Part shown: positions 35,531 to 46,737 of the stretch, in pieces | Layout of the letters: every line of letters starts with the position of its first letter | Position numbering within the stretch: the stretch's first letter is position 1 | Assembly: GCA_044229975.1 (NCBI GenBank) | Contig: JBGARZ010000006.1 | Coordinates: 256,001 to 320,000 of the forward strand | Source of the DNA: Polyangiales bacterium | Lineage (GTDB): Bacteria; Myxococcota_A; Polyangia; Polyangiales; Ga0077539 | Direction: 5' to 3' | Length of the DNA stretch: 64,000 bases | Notes under the pieces: generated by a model | Databases searched by the model: none | Told to the model about the DNA's origin: nothing | Seen by the model: only the letters and a program-made list of their open reading frames with translations | Translations under genes and position numbers: made by a program

Positions 35531-38500
35531 TCAGTACGAGGCGGACTGCACCTGGAAGTTGATGCCCAGCGACTCGCGCAGCGAGAAGTACGTCTCGCTC
35601 ATCGAGAAGAGGATCACGTCCTTCAGCTTCTCCGCCGGCGCGAGGTCGCCCGGCAGGCCCGGCTCCAGCGCGAGCATCTTGCGGGTGATCTCCAGGTCGC
35701 CGCACATCAGGAAGCCCGCGCGGGCGGCCGTGAGCTCGACGGACTGGTACCACTTCTTGATGTTCGACGCGCCGCCCTGCTCCAGGAAGTAGCGCACCAC
35801 CTTGCGGAGCCCTTCGACGGCCACCGGGTCGGAGGCCATCAGCGGGGCGAGCGTCTGCGCGGCCTGCGCCGACTCCACCGGGACGTCCTGGTCGGACTTC
35901 ACCAGCTTGATCGCCGCGAGCAGCATGACCGTGAGCTCCTGCGTCGTCGGCAGCAGCACGCGGATGTAGTGCTCGTTGCGGTAGTAGCTCATGTGCTTCG
36001 CCGCCACGAAGGCGAGCTCCTCCGGGCGAAGACCCGAGAGCAGACCCGCGCCCGCAAACGACGCGATGGGGTCGGCCGGCACGTACCCGAGGCCGCCCTG
36101 CTGCTGCGGCTTCAGGAAGATCGACGGCAGCGGCAGGTTGAGCGCCTGCGACGACGTCGCGAGCGAACGAACCAGCGCGACGGTGGTGTTCTGCGGGTTC
36201 TGGAGCTCGGCCTGCGTGAAGCCGAACTGCGCGAGCGGCTTCACCTTGGCGCGGCGCACCGCCCCGAGGATCGACGCGAAGATCTTCCCCACCACCGGGT
36301 CTTCGTTGGGGTGGAAGAGCTGCTTGACCCAGTGCTCCTCGGTGAGACGCCCGGTCGGCTGCAACGCCTTGCGCGGGCGGTACTGCTCGAAGAACGCCCG
36401 CAGGTCTTCCCGCGCGCGATCGCGCAAGAGGAAGGTGGTCGTCGCCGCCACGCACCACGCCTTGTCGTGCTGATGGGCGTTGTAATAGAGGTCGTAGATC
36501 GCGTGGAGGGCCTCGGCGTTGCCCATGTCCTGCGTGGCGATGGTCTGCCAGCGCGAGATGGACTCGTTGGCGTCGCCCATCTTCGCCGCGAGCTCGGCGA
36601 TGATCTTGTGCTCCGTCAGGTCGTCGGGCTTGCGCTCCGACGCCAGCTTGAACACCGCGAGCGCCTTGTCGTTCTCCCCGAGACGATCACGGTAGATGAG
36701 GCCGAGCGGGTGCAGGAGGTTGTACTCGAGGTCGCGGCTCTCGGGCTTGCCCGCGACGCGCTCGATCATGCGCTTGTAGGCGCGCGACAGGTTGCGCCAG
36801 TCGCGGCGCGCCGTGAGGATCTCGTTGACCTTCGCGAAGGGCTTGAGCTCGTTGGGGTTGAGGTCCAACGCCTGCCCGTAGAAGGTCAGCGCCTCGTCGG
36901 GGTTCTTGAGCTCCTTGTTGTAGATCGTCGCGATCGTGTACGCGTACACGGCCTTGCGATCGTTGTTGGTCTCGAGGTCGCTGATGCGCTGCGCGGTGTC
37001 GATGACCTTCGACCACTGCTTGCCCTCCGTGTAGAGCGGCAGCAGGCGGTTGAGCAGCGCGCGGTCCTTCGGCTTCAGCTCCGAGGCACCCGCGAAGGCC
37101 TGGATGGCCTTCTGGTTGTTCTTGGCCTTCTCCTGCCAGAGCGACCCGATTTCGAGGAGCATCGCGAAGCGCTTCTCCTCGTCGTCCTCCATGTCGAGGA
37201 GCTGCGAGCGGTACCCGATGGCGGGCTCCCACTCGTTGCCCGCGGCGTGCGTGTCGATGAGCGCGCCGAGCGCCGGGCGATACCCCGGGTACTCCTCCAG
37301 CGACTTCTCGAGGAAGTTCACCGCGCGGCGACGGTCACCCTGCGCGGCCTTCACCACGCCGAGGCGGTGGTAGAGGTCGGCGCGCTGCTCGGCGTCGAGG
37401 TCGTCCTTGTGATGGACGAGCAGCACTTGATAGTGCTTGAACGCGTTGTCCCAGTCCTGCTTGTCGAAGTAGGCGAGCGCCAGCGCGGAGATGGCCTCGA
37501 CGTTGGCGCGGTCGAGCGTCTGCGCCGCCGTAAACGCCTTGATCGCGCGGTCGCCCTTGCCGATCTTCACCGCGACGCGGCCCATCATGAGCTGGATCTG
37601 GAGCTGCTCCGCCGGGTCGCGCCGTGACGCGCGGCGGGTGAGCATCTCCACCAGCGGCTCGGCCTCGGCCCAGCGCTGGTTGGCGACGTAGTAGTTGGCG
37701 AGGGGCCACGCGGCCTCCTCCTGATCGGCGTCGTTGCGCAGCGCCTCTTCGTAGCAGCGGATCGACTGCTCCTCGTCGTCGAGGTACTGCGCCTGGATGC
37801 GCCCGAGCTCGGTGAGGAGCTTCGCGCGGGTGCGCGGGAGCGCCGTCGCCGCCTGCTCGCGGTCGAGGTAGCGGGCCACCTCGTACCAGTCCTCGCGGCG
37901 CGTCGCGATGGCGCGCAGCGCTTCGAGCGCGGGCAGGTGCTCCTGGTCGAGGTCGAGCGCGGCCTGGTACTGCTCCACCGCGCGGAGCTCGTCGCCCAGC
38001 GAGGTCTCGGCGATCTTGCCCACGCGGACGCGCAGCTCGACGGCCTTGCCCACGTCCCCAGCGACGTACTGCGCGAGCTGCTCCAGGGTGTCCGTCGCGC
38101 GGTGCCAGTCCTGGCGCGACTCGTAGATGCGCGCGAGCGAGTCGAGCGCGTCGGTGTTCTCCTGCTCGATCTGGAGCACGTTGAGGAACGCGTCCTCCGC
38201 GTGGTCGAGGTCGCGCCGCTCGTCGGCGAAGACGTGGCCCATCTGGAGGAAGATCGGCACGCGGTCGCGCCGCTCGGTGGTCGCCGTGAGGTGGCGCTCC
38301 AGGGTGGAGATGAGCTCGTTCCACTGGCCGGTGGCGCGGTAGAGGCGCTCCAGGGCGCGCAGCGACGGGTCGTGCGAGGGGTCGATCTCCAGCACGCGCT
38401 CGAAGCGCTCGATGGCCAGCGCGGGGCGGACGAACTCCTCCTCCAACATCCCGCCGATGCGGGTGAGCAGCTTGATGCGCTCGCGCTCCGTGGCGACCAC

Positions 38501-41500
38501 TTCGAGCTGCTGTTCGAGGATGCCGAGCAGCTCCTGGCTGCGGCCGAGGCGGGCGTAGATGCCCTCCAGGCCGCGCAGCGCCGCGAGGTTCACCGGGTCG
38601 GACTGGAGCACCAGCGCGTACTCCGCGGCCGCGCCCTCCTGGTCGTTGATGCGCTCTTCGAGCACCGAGCCCACGCGCATGCGCAGCTCGGCGGCCTCGG
38701 CCGGATCCTGCGTCGAGTCGATGTGGCGCCGCAGCACCTCCACCAACGCAGGCCAGTCCTCCGCCGCGGCGTGAACACGCGCCAGCGCCGTGAGCGCCGC
38801 GCCGTCACCACCATCGATCGCCAGCGCCGCGTGAAACTGCTCCACCGCCTGCGACGGCTGCTTGAGGTTCTTCTCGTAGACCTCGCCGAGCTGGACGTGG
38901 GCGGTGCGGCGGTCTTCCGGCGAGCGGGCAACCTCCACGGCTCGTTGCAGGGTCTTGGCGAGCGGCTGCCATTGACCGAGCTTGCGGTAGAGGTCCGCCT
39001 GCGAGCGCAGCGCGTGCAGGTTGCTCGGCTCGGCCGCGAGGATCTGGTTGTAGATCGGGATCGCCCACTCGGGGTGCCCCAGCTCCAGGCCGTACCACTT
39101 GGCGGCGTGCAGACCGAGCTGCGTCTTGCGCGGCCCGACGGGCTCCGCGCCGTACGCGTCCATGGTGGTCTTGAGCAGCTCGTTCCAGCGGCTGAGCGTG
39201 CTGGTGATCTTCTCCAGCGTCTCCACCGCCTCGGCGTTGGTGACGTCCTCCTCGAACGCGATCTGCGCCGCCGCGTACGCCTGCTCGTGGTCGCCCAGCT
39301 CGGTCTCGAACACCCGCGCCGCGCGCACCATGAAGGGCACCGCCTCGGCGACCTTCTCGTCCTCGACCAGCTTGTCGTGCCGGGCGACGTAGAGCCCCGA
39401 CAGCTCGTCCCAGCGCGCCGCCTCGCGGTGCAACGACTCCAGCGCCGTAAACGCCCGCCCGTGCAGCGCCTCGGCCTCCAGCACCGCCTCGTACGAAGCG
39501 CGCGCGCCATCCGGCTCCTGGATCCGCTCCTCCCACACGTCCGCCGCCGCGAGGTGCAGGGCCACCTTCTGCGCCGCGTCGTCCGTGTTGGCGGCCTGCT
39601 TGCCAAGCACGTCCACCACGTCGCGCCACTCCTCGCGCGCCGTGTGGATGGTCAACAGCGCCGACAGCGCCGTCGCGTCCGTGGGCTCCACTTCAAGAGC
39701 GTTGCGCCACGCGTCCACGGCCTCGTCGCCGAGCCCGAGGGTCATCCAGTAGAGCGTCCCGAGCTCCGACCACGCGCCGCGGATCTCGTCGTTGGACAGC
39801 GTCGCCGTCCCCAGCGAGATGAGCGTCTGGAGCGTCTGCACCAGCTCGTCCCAGCGCTCGCCCGCGCGGTAGATCGCCGCCAGCGCCCGCAGCGCGTCGA
39901 AGCTCGCCGACTCGATGTCGAGCACGCGGCGGTAGCTCTCGATGGCCCGCTCCGTGTCGCCCAGCTTCTCCAGGTAGACGGCCGCCACGCGCAGCGCGAT
40001 CTCCACGCGCTTGTCCGAGTCGGCCTCGCTCCCGAGCTGCCGCTCGAGCACGTCGATGAGCTCCTGCCAGCGGCCCGCCGCCTCGTGCAGCGCGGCGACG
40101 GCGCTCAGCGTCTCGGCCTCTTCGCCGCGGATCACCAGCACCTGCTCGTAGAGCTTCACCGCGTCGTCGGGACGCTGGAGGTACGACTCGGCGATGCGCG
40201 CCATGCGGGTGTACGTGTCGGCGCGCTCGTCGTCCGAGTCCGCCGCGTCGAGCTTGCGCTCCTGCACCGCGTACAGGTCGGGCCAGCGCTGCTGGTTGGC
40301 GTAGATCGCCTCCAGCGCGTCGAGGCTCGGGCGGTTGCGGGCGTCGATGTTCTCGACCACCGCGCGGTACTGCACCACCGCGTCGTCCACGCGGTCGAGG
40401 TCGTTCTGGAGGATGCCCGCGAGGCGCAGCGTGTGGCCGACCTTCTCCTCGGGGTCTTCCGTGATGCGCGCGCGGCGCTCCAGGATGGTGACCAGCTTCT
40501 CGGCCTCACCCGAAGCCGTGTGCAGCCGGTCGAGCGACTCCAGCGCGTCCGCATCCAGCGGCGCCACGTCCAGCACGAACTGGTACGCGCCCTCCGCCGA
40601 CGGGAGATCACCGCGCTCCTCCTCGTGCACCCGCGCGAGGCGCTTGCCGATGGCCACGCGAATCGCGTCGTCCGAGGTCTCGGCCTCCACGACGTCGGCG
40701 TAGACGTTGGTGAGCTCGTCCCACGCACCGGTCGCCGCCGCGAGGCGCTCGACCTCGGTCAACGATCGGTCGTCGAGCGGCGCTTCCTTCACCGCGCGAC
40801 CGAGCCACCCGAAGGCGCCCGCCGCGTCGGCCCGCTTCTCCTCGAGAATCTCCGCGATGCCGCGCATCGCCAGCACCCGCGCTTCGGCGTCGGGCAGCAG
40901 GTCGAGGGTGCGCGCTTCGAGGTCCGCGAGCTTCTCCCAGTCCTCGTACATGCGGTACAGCGGGTCGAGCGTCGCCGCGACCTCCGACCGCAGCACGCCC
41001 CGCGTGAACATCGCTTCGAGCGCGGCCACGGTCTCCGCGTGGTCGGCCTGCACATCGATGATCTCGCGGTACACCGCGAGCGCACCCGACGCGTCGTTGA
41101 GCCGATGCTCCAGCACCTGGCCGAGTCGGTAGCGCAGGGTCACCGCGTCGTCGGGCGAGAGGTCCGACAGCGTGAGCTCGCGGCGCAGGACCTCTGCCAC
41201 CTCGGGCCAGCGCTCCAGCGCCTCGTAGAGCCGATCGAGGGCCCGCAGCGCGCCCGCGTTGGTCGCGTCCACTTCGAGCACCGAGCGGTACCGCGCGATG
41301 GCGGCGTCGGCGTCGGCGCGCTGCACCTCGTGGATCTGCCCGATGCGAAGCAGCAGCTCGACGTGGCGGTACGGATCGTCCGCCAGCGTATCGACAGCGC
41401 CGTCGTACACGGCGACGACGCGGTCCCACTTGGAGAGACCCTCGGCGAGGCGCTCGAAGTTGCCGAGGTTGTCGTCGACGCGCGGGTCGAGCGCCACCGC

Positions 41501-44500
41501 GCGGGCGAGCGCCTCGAAGGCCGCCTCCGGGCGATCGAGCGCCGACTCGTTGACCTCCGCGATGCGCTGGAGCAGCTCCAGCTTGTGCGGCACGTCGTCG
41601 GTGTGGCGCGCCTGGACTTCGAGCACCTCCACCAGCGACTCGAACGACCCCGCCGCAGAGTGCACGGGCTCCAGCACCGCCGCCGCCGCGAGGGGCGCCT
41701 GCGTGCCGCGGAGGATGACCGTCAGCGCACCGAGGGAGGGCGCGTGGTCGGGGATGGTCTCCACGATCTCGCGGTAGATCTCCACCGCGCGCGGCACGTC
41801 GGCCAGGCTGCCTTCGTGCAGCTTCGCCACGCGGAACCGATACGACGCCACCTCGTCGGGGTCGGCGGCGAGCTCGGCCTCGCGCTCGAGCACCGAGAGG
41901 AGGTCCTGCCAGCGGCCCTGCGCCGTGTAGAGCGCGTCGAGCTTCTGGATGGCGAGCAGGTCGGTCGGGTCGAACTCCAGCACGCGGTTGTACGCGTCGA
42001 TGGCGCGGTCGTTGTCCTTGAGCTCGCTCTCGTGGACGGCCGCGACCTCGAAGAAGAGGCGCTTCTTCTCGTCGGCGTCGCTGATGAGCTCGGCCTTCTT
42101 CTCGTACGCCGCGAGCAGCTCGGTCCAGCGCTGCGCCGTCACGAAGATGCGGATGAGCGAGTCGAGCGCGGCGACCTCGCTGTCGTCGATCTCGACGATG
42201 CGCCGGTACGTGCGAACCGCCCCCTCGACGTCGTTGAGAACCGTCTCCTGGATCTCCGCCGCGCGCCACAGGTACGCCTTGCGCTCGTCGACCTCGGCGA
42301 GAATCTCCGCCTTGCGGATGAGCGTCTCGGTGAGCTCCTTCGGCCGATCGGTGAGCTGGTACAGCCGCTCCAGGGCGCTGACCGCGTCCAGGTTTTCGGG
42401 CTGCACCGCGAGCGCCGCGACCTCGTGGCCGATGGCGCGATCGAGGTCCTGCAAGCGCTCCTCGGCGACGGCCGACGCGCGACGGTGCAGGGCGACGCGA
42501 ACCTCGGCGTCCTCCTCGCCCAGCGTCGCGATGCGCGCCTCGATCACCTCCACGAACTGCTTGTCGACGTCGAGCGAGCGCGCGAGCCGATCGAGCCCGT
42601 TGAGCGTGTCGTCCCGCGACGGGTCTTCCGTCAGCGCCTGCGAGAGCGCCTCGAAGGCACCCGCGCCGTCGTCGAGCGCCGTCTCGCGCAGCTCGGCCAC
42701 CCGATGCAACAGGTCGACCTTCTGGGCGCGCTCGGAGAGCCCCGCCTGCACTTCGAGCGCAAGCACCAGGCGGTCCCACGCACCCGTCGCGCGGTACACC
42801 GGCTCCAGCGTGTCGACCACCGTTGCGGTGAAGGTCTTGTCGCCGAGCATGCCTTCGAGCGCCGTCGCCGCGCGCTCGGACGCCTCTTCGTGCGTCACCA
42901 CGTCGCGCAGGATCTCGATGGCCGCCTCGCGGTTGCCGAGCTTCTGGTCCTGCACATCCGCGAGCCGGAACTGCAGCGCCGCGCGGCTCTCTCCGTCGGG
43001 CGCCAGCGTCACCTGCTGCACGAGGTTGTCCGCGAGGTCGGACCAGCGCCCGAGCCGCGTGAAGGTGCGGTCGAGGGCGGCGAGCGCGATGGCGTTGGTG
43101 GGGTCGCGCTCCAGCATCTCGCGGTACGTCGAGATGGCCGCGTCGGCGTCGTTGAGCCGCTCGTCCTGCACCACGGCGATCTCCGCGTGCACGCGGTCGT
43201 ACTCCTCCGGGTCGGAGGTCACGTCGAGCCGACGGCGCAGCGTCGTGAGAACGTTGGGCCAGCGGTTGGCCGAGCGCCACGTGCGCTCCAGGGCCTCCAG
43301 CACCGCCACGTCGCCGGGGTTGGCATCGAGCACGCGCTCCAGCGCGGTGACCGCGTTTTGCACGTTGCCGAGGAAGCGCCCCTCGATCTCCGCCACGCGC
43401 ACGTAGAGGTCGCGCGCGAGGGGTGTGCCGGCGTGCTGCTCGGCCGCCTCGCGGAAGAGCACCACCACCTGCGACCAGCCGTCGACGGCCTCGGAGACGC
43501 GCATGAGCGTCTCGGTCACCTCGGCGTTGGACGGGTCTTCCTGGAAGGCGCGGCCGTACGCTTCGAGCCCGCGCGTCGGCTGACCGAGCTCCGTCGCGCA
43601 CACCGCGCCGATGCGCTGGAGCAGCGCCACGCGCTCGGCCTTGTTGTCCCCTTCGGCGACGAGAATCTCCAGCGCGCGAACCAGCGCCTCCCAGTCGCCG
43701 CGCAGCTCGTACACGGGCTGGAGCACCTCGGCCGCCGCGTGCCGCAGCGACGGGTCACGCAGCAGACCTTCCAGCGCGACGCGGGCGCCGTCATGGTCGG
43801 GCGCGGTCGCCAGCACCGAGCGGTACAGCTCCAGCGCTTCGCCCGCCTGGCCGAGCCGCGACTGCGTCACCGTCGCCAGCTGGAACCTGATCGCCGTGAC
43901 CTTCGCCTCGTCGCCGAGGACGTCATGCACGTCGAGCTCGCGACGCAGCACCTCGGCCAGCTCGGGCCACTGCTCCTGCTTCTCGTAGAGCCGCGAGAGG
44001 GCCGCGAGCGCCTCGGGGTCGTCGCCGAACTCCGCCACGATCGCCGTCGCTGCCGACACCGCGCGCGGGAGGTTCTGGAGCTTCTCCTCCGCGACGTGCA
44101 CCACGTCGAGGAGCAGCGCCTTGCGGGTCTCGCCGTCGGTGACGATGTCGAGGCGCCGATCGAGCACATTGAGCAGCTCGGCCCACTGGCCATGCGCGCG
44201 CAGCAGCCCGTCGAGCGAGGCGAGCGCCTCGGGGTGCGCCGGGTCGCCCGCGAGCACGGAGCGATACTGCGCCACCGCGCCGTCGACGTCGTCGAGGTGC
44301 GCCGCGAGAATCGCGCCCGCCCGCAGCCGCAACGTGACCCGCGCGGCGTCGTCCACCGCGTCGGTGGCGATGGCGATGGCGATGGCCGTCTCCGCCTCGC
44401 GCCAGCGACCCGTGAGGGCCGCCGCACGCTCCAGGTCGACCACCGAGCGCGCCTCCGACGGGGCCTGCGCGAACGCGTCGCGGTACCGCTCGAAGGCGAG

Positions 44501-45658
44501 TCCGCCCTCAGCCCGCGGGCCCTCGTAGAGCTCGCCGAGCTTGCGCAGCGTGTCGACCTGCTCGGGGCCGCGCGCGTCGCCGAGGCGCTTCACTTCGAGC
44601 GCCGTCGCGAGCCGCGTCGGGTCGGCCGTGTACATCGGGATCAGCCGCAGCGCCGCGTCGCGGTTGGCCGGGTCGATCTCCAGCACCTTCTCCAGGTTGC
44701 GCGCCGCGCGGTCGACCTTCTCCTTCCGCACCTCCCAGAGCTGCGCGACCTTCGAGAACAGCGACACCTTCGTGGCGTCGTCCGCCGCGGGGTTCTCGGC
44801 CTCGCGCTCGAGCAGTCGGATGAGCTCGTCCCACTTGCCGCTCTCTTCGTAGAAGCGCTCGAGGTCGTCCCACGCGTGCATCGCGAGGTAGCGCTTCTTG
44901 AGCGCCTCCTGCGCGCGACGGTCATTGGGGTCGAGCACCAGCACGCCGCGCCACGCCTCGACGGCGATGGTGTCGTCGTTGAGCCGGTCGCCCGCGATGA
45001 GCCCGAGCTTCACGAGCAGCGCGATGCGCGCCGGGACGTCGGCTGTCATGGCCGCCTGCGAGCGCAGCACGTCGGCGAGCTTGGCGTACTCCTTGGACTT
45101 CTCGTAGAAGCCCGCGAGCTGCGTGAGGGCCTCGGGGTGCCCCGGGTCGCGCTTGAGAACCTCCTCCCACATCTCCGTCCCGACCTCGGGGCGCTTCACC
45201 TTCTCGGTGACGAAGCGCGCGAGGCCGAGGTACTGCTCCAGCTGCTGCGAAGCGGGCGCGGCGGCGGCCTCGCGACGCAGGATGCGCAGGAGCTTGTCCC
45301 AGTCCTTGCGCTTCTCGTACATCGACTTGAGGTAGTCGATGGCCTTCGCGTTTTCGGGGTCGACGTCGAGGATCTGCTCGTTGGCCTTGATGGCCTCGGC
45401 CTGGTTGGAGAAGCGCTCCAGGTAGATGCCCGCGATGCGCTCCAGCAGCGCGACGCGGTCTTCGGTGACGTCGAGCAGCTCGGCCTTCGCCTGGAGCGTC
45501 TTGATGAGGTCCTGCCAGCGCTTCTGGCCCTCGAACTTCGCCGCGGCCTCGTCGAGCTCGCGCAGGCGATCGGGGTCGGGCGGCGGGCGGAGCGTGGCGG
45601 GGCCCTCGGTGAGGTCGGTCGTGCCGTCGGTGCCCAGGATGTCGTCGGAGTTGCTCAT
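35531..45658 (-). CDS. agmK: Giant TPR protein, AgmK/GltI-like gliding motility protein
   Basis: 3375 aa of TPR repeats; lies downstream of gltD-E-F-G-like genes. Confidence 0.65.
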   Translation of the reverse strand: MSNSDDILGTDGTTDLTEGPATLRPPPDPDRLRELDEAAAKFEGQKRWQDLIKTLQAKAELLDVTEDRVALLERIAGIYLERFSNQAEAIKANEQILDVDPENAKAIDYLKSMYEKRKDWDKLLRILRREAAAAPASQQLEQYLGLARFVTEKVKRPEVGTEMWEEVLKRDPGHPEALTQLAGFYEKSKEYAKLADVLRSQAAMTADVPARIALLVKLGLIAGDRLNDDTIAVEAWRGVLVLDPNDRRAQEALKKRYLAMHAWDDLERFYEESGKWDELIRLLEREAENPAADDATKVSLFSKVAQLWEVRKEKVDRAARNLEKVLEIDPANRDAALRLIPMYTADPTRLATALEVKRLGDARGPEQVDTLRKLGELYEGPRAEGGLAFERYRDAFAQAPSEARSVVDLERAAALTGRWREAETAIAIAIATDAVDDAARVTLRLRAGAILAAHLDDVDGAVAQYRSVLAGDPAHPEALASLDGLLRAHGQWAELLNVLDRRLDIVTDGETRKALLLDVVHVAEEKLQNLPRAVSAATAIVAEFGDDPEALAALSRLYEKQEQWPELAEVLRRELDVHDVLGDEAKVTAIRFQLATVTQSRLGQAGEALELYRSVLATAPDHDGARVALEGLLRDPSLRHAAAEVLQPVYELRGDWEALVRALEILVAEGDNKAERVALLQRIGAVCATELGQPTRGLEAYGRAFQEDPSNAEVTETLMRVSEAVDGWSQVVVLFREAAEQHAGTPLARDLYVRVAEIEGRFLGNVQNAVTALERVLDANPGDVAVLEALERTWRSANRWPNVLTTLRRRLDVTSDPEEYDRVHAEIAVVQDERLNDADAAISTYREMLERDPTNAIALAALDRTFTRLGRWSDLADNLVQQVTLAPDGESRAALQFRLADVQDQKLGNREAAIEILRDVVTHEEASERAATALEGMLGDKTFTATVVDTLEPVYRATGAWDRLVLALEVQAGLSERAQKVDLLHRVAELRETALDDGAGAFEALSQALTEDPSRDDTLNGLDRLARSLDVDKQFVEVIEARIATLGEEDAEVRVALHRRASAVAEERLQDLDRAIGHEVAALAVQPENLDAVSALERLYQLTDRPKELTETLIRKAEILAEVDERKAYLWRAAEIQETVLNDVEGAVRTYRRIVEIDDSEVAALDSLIRIFVTAQRWTELLAAYEKKAELISDADEKKRLFFEVAAVHESELKDNDRAIDAYNRVLEFDPTDLLAIQKLDALYTAQGRWQDLLSVLEREAELAADPDEVASYRFRVAKLHEGSLADVPRAVEIYREIVETIPDHAPSLGALTVILRGTQAPLAAAAVLEPVHSAAGSFESLVEVLEVQARHTDDVPHKLELLQRIAEVNESALDRPEAAFEALARAVALDPRVDDNLGNFERLAEGLSKWDRVVAVYDGAVDTLADDPYRHVELLLRIGQIHEVQRADADAAIARYRSVLEVDATNAGALRALDRLYEALERWPEVAEVLRRELTLSDLSPDDAVTLRYRLGQVLEHRLNDASGALAVYREIIDVQADHAETVAALEAMFTRGVLRSEVAATLDPLYRMYEDWEKLADLEARTLDLLPDAEARVLAMRGIAEILEEKRADAAGAFGWLGRAVKEAPLDDRSLTEVERLAAATGAWDELTNVYADVVEAETSDDAIRVAIGKRLARVHEEERGDLPSAEGAYQFVLDVAPLDADALESLDRLHTASGEAEKLVTILERRARITEDPEEKVGHTLRLAGILQNDLDRVDDAVVQYRAVVENIDARNRPSLDALEAIYANQQRWPDLYAVQERKLDAADSDDERADTYTRMARIAESYLQRPDDAVKLYEQVLVIRGEEAETLSAVAALHEAAGRWQELIDVLERQLGSEADSDKRVEIALRVAAVYLEKLGDTERAIESYRRVLDIESASFDALRALAAIYRAGERWDELVQTLQTLISLGTATLSNDEIRGAWSELGTLYWMTLGLGDEAVDAWRNALEVEPTDATALSALLTIHTAREEWRDVVDVLGKQAANTDDAAQKVALHLAAADVWEERIQEPDGARASYEAVLEAEALHGRAFTALESLHREAARWDELSGLYVARHDKLVEDEKVAEAVPFMVRAARVFETELGDHEQAYAAAQIAFEEDVTNAEAVETLEKITSTLSRWNELLKTTMDAYGAEPVGPRKTQLGLHAAKWYGLELGHPEWAIPIYNQILAAEPSNLHALRSQADLYRKLGQWQPLAKTLQRAVEVARSPEDRRTAHVQLGEVYEKNLKQPSQAVEQFHAALAIDGGDGAALTALARVHAAAEDWPALVEVLRRHIDSTQDPAEAAELRMRVGSVLEERINDQEGAAAEYALVLQSDPVNLAALRGLEGIYARLGRSQELLGILEQQLEVVATERERIKLLTRIGGMLEEEFVRPALAIERFERVLEIDPSHDPSLRALERLYRATGQWNELISTLERHLTATTERRDRVPIFLQMGHVFADERRDLDHAEDAFLNVLQIEQENTDALDSLARIYESRQDWHRATDTLEQLAQYVAGDVGKAVELRVRVGKIAETSLGDELRAVEQYQAALDLDQEHLPALEALRAIATRREDWYEVARYLDREQAATALPRTRAKLLTELGRIQAQYLDDEEQSIRCYEEALRNDADQEEAAWPLANYYVANQRWAEAEPLVEMLTRRASRRDPAEQLQIQLMMGRVAVKIGKGDRAIKAFTAAQTLDRANVEAISALALAYFDKQDWDNAFKHYQVLLVHHKDDLDAEQRADLYHRLGVVKAAQGDRRRAVNFLEKSLEEYPGYRPALGALIDTHAAGNEWEPAIGYRSQLLDMEDDEEKRFAMLLEIGSLWQEKAKNNQKAIQAFAGASELKPKDRALLNRLLPLYTEGKQWSKVIDTAQRISDLETNNDRKAVYAYTIATIYNKELKNPDEALTFYGQALDLNPNELKPFAKVNEILTARRDWRNLSRAYKRMIERVAGKPESRDLEYNLLHPLGLIYRDRLGENDKALAVFKLASERKPDDLTEHKIIAELAAKMGDANESISRWQTIATQDMGNAEALHAIYDLYYNAHQHDKAWCVAATTTFLLRDRAREDLRAFFEQYRPRKALQPTGRLTEEHWVKQLFHPNEDPVVGKIFASILGAVRRAKVKPLAQFGFTQAELQNPQNTTVALVRSLATSSQALNLPLPSIFLKPQQQGGLGYVPADPIASFAGAGLLSGLRPEELAFVAAKHMSYYRNEHYIRVLLPTTQELTVMLLAAIKLVKSDQDVPVESAQAAQTLAPLMASDPVAVEGLRKVVRYFLEQGGASNIKKWYQSVELTAARAGFLMCGDLEITRKMLALEPGLPGDLAPAEKLKDVILFSMSETYFSLRESLGINFQVQSASY

Positions 45659-45741
45659 CGTCGTTCCTTCAAGACCTCAGCGGCGCTGCGCGATCGCGCT
45701 CCGCCCTCGTAGCGGGATTCTGTCTGCGGAGTTGAGGGCGC

Positions 45742-46605
45742 TCAGTGCGCGCCGGGCGTCTGGAGCTGCGACAGCTTGTTCTGCGCGATGTCGATGTACT
45801 CGCGCGGCACCGTCGACGGGTGCGCCGCCAGGAAGCGCTGGAGGTACAAGATCGCCTGCGCGCGCCGCTCCGGGATGTCGGCGAGCGTGTAGCCCGCGGA
45901 GAACATCGCCTCGGCCATCTCCGGGTCTTCGCGCGTCGCGGCGACGAACTCCTCGACGGCCGGCTCGCGCTGCCCCTGATCGAGCAGGACGTTGCCGAGC
46001 ACGTTGTGCATCGAGCCGCGCTCGACGGCGCCCTCGGGCGCGATGCGGAGTCCTTCGCGGAGCACCTGCGCGGCGCGATCGAACTCGTGCACCTGGCGGT
46101 AGAGCCGGCCGAGGTGCGCGTACGAGCTGTAGCTGCGCGGCGCCTTCGTGAGCGCGGTGGTGTACGCCTGGAGCGCGACCTGCGGCTCATCGAGTCGCTC
46201 GGCCACGAGGCCCTGCCAGAAATACGCGAGGTAGTAACCCTGGTTGACCTGCGCCGCCTGCTGGAACGCCGCGCGCGCCTGCTCCCAGTGCTCCTGGTTG
46301 TAGTGCGCCTTGCCGAGTTGGAAGTGGTACTCGGCGTTGCGCGGGTTGCGCGCGATGGCGCGGGTGAGCGCCTCGGCGGCCTGCGCCCACTCGCGGTTGC
46401 GCACATGCACCAGCGAGAGGTTGTAGAGCGGCTGATCGAACTTCGGGTCGGCGTCTGCCGCGCGCTGGAACTTGTCCCTCGCATCGGTGAGGCGCCCCTG
46501 GCGCATCAGGCCCATCCCGGAGTTGTTATCCTGCACCGCTTCGCGGTTGTACTCGCTGCAGGCCATCGCGCTGACGACCAGGAAGACACCACACCAACGC
46601 TTCAT
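45742..46605 (-). CDS. TPR lipoprotein
   Basis: Lipobox 'AMAC', about 7 TPRs. Confidence 0.8.
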   Translation of the reverse strand: MKRWCGVFLVVSAMACSEYNREAVQDNNSGMGLMRQGRLTDARDKFQRAADADPKFDQPLYNLSLVHVRNREWAQAAEALTRAIARNPRNAEYHFQLGKAHYNQEHWEQARAAFQQAAQVNQGYYLAYFWQGLVAERLDEPQVALQAYTTALTKAPRSYSSYAHLGRLYRQVHEFDRAAQVLREGLRIAPEGAVERGSMHNVLGNVLLDQGQREPAVEEFVAATREDPEMAEAMFSAGYTLADIPERRAQAILYLQRFLAAHPSTVPREYIDIAQNKLSQLQTPGAH

Positions 46606-46737
46606 CACGATCCTCGGGTGCTACGAGCCCGATGCGGACTCCGACGGCGCGCGATGATAGGTGGACGTTCATCGCGCCGACAATCGAAAAGCCGACGGAT
46701 TTATGGCCTCCGCAGAACTTCGCGCGCGGTCGTTCCT

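Noticed and set aside
37937..45712. 2591-aa plus-strand ORF, and similar long ORFs at 50947-54948, 46921-49674 and 29178-32027
   Set aside because: Antisense shadows of well-supported minus-strand genes; expected in very GC-rich DNA; no motifs
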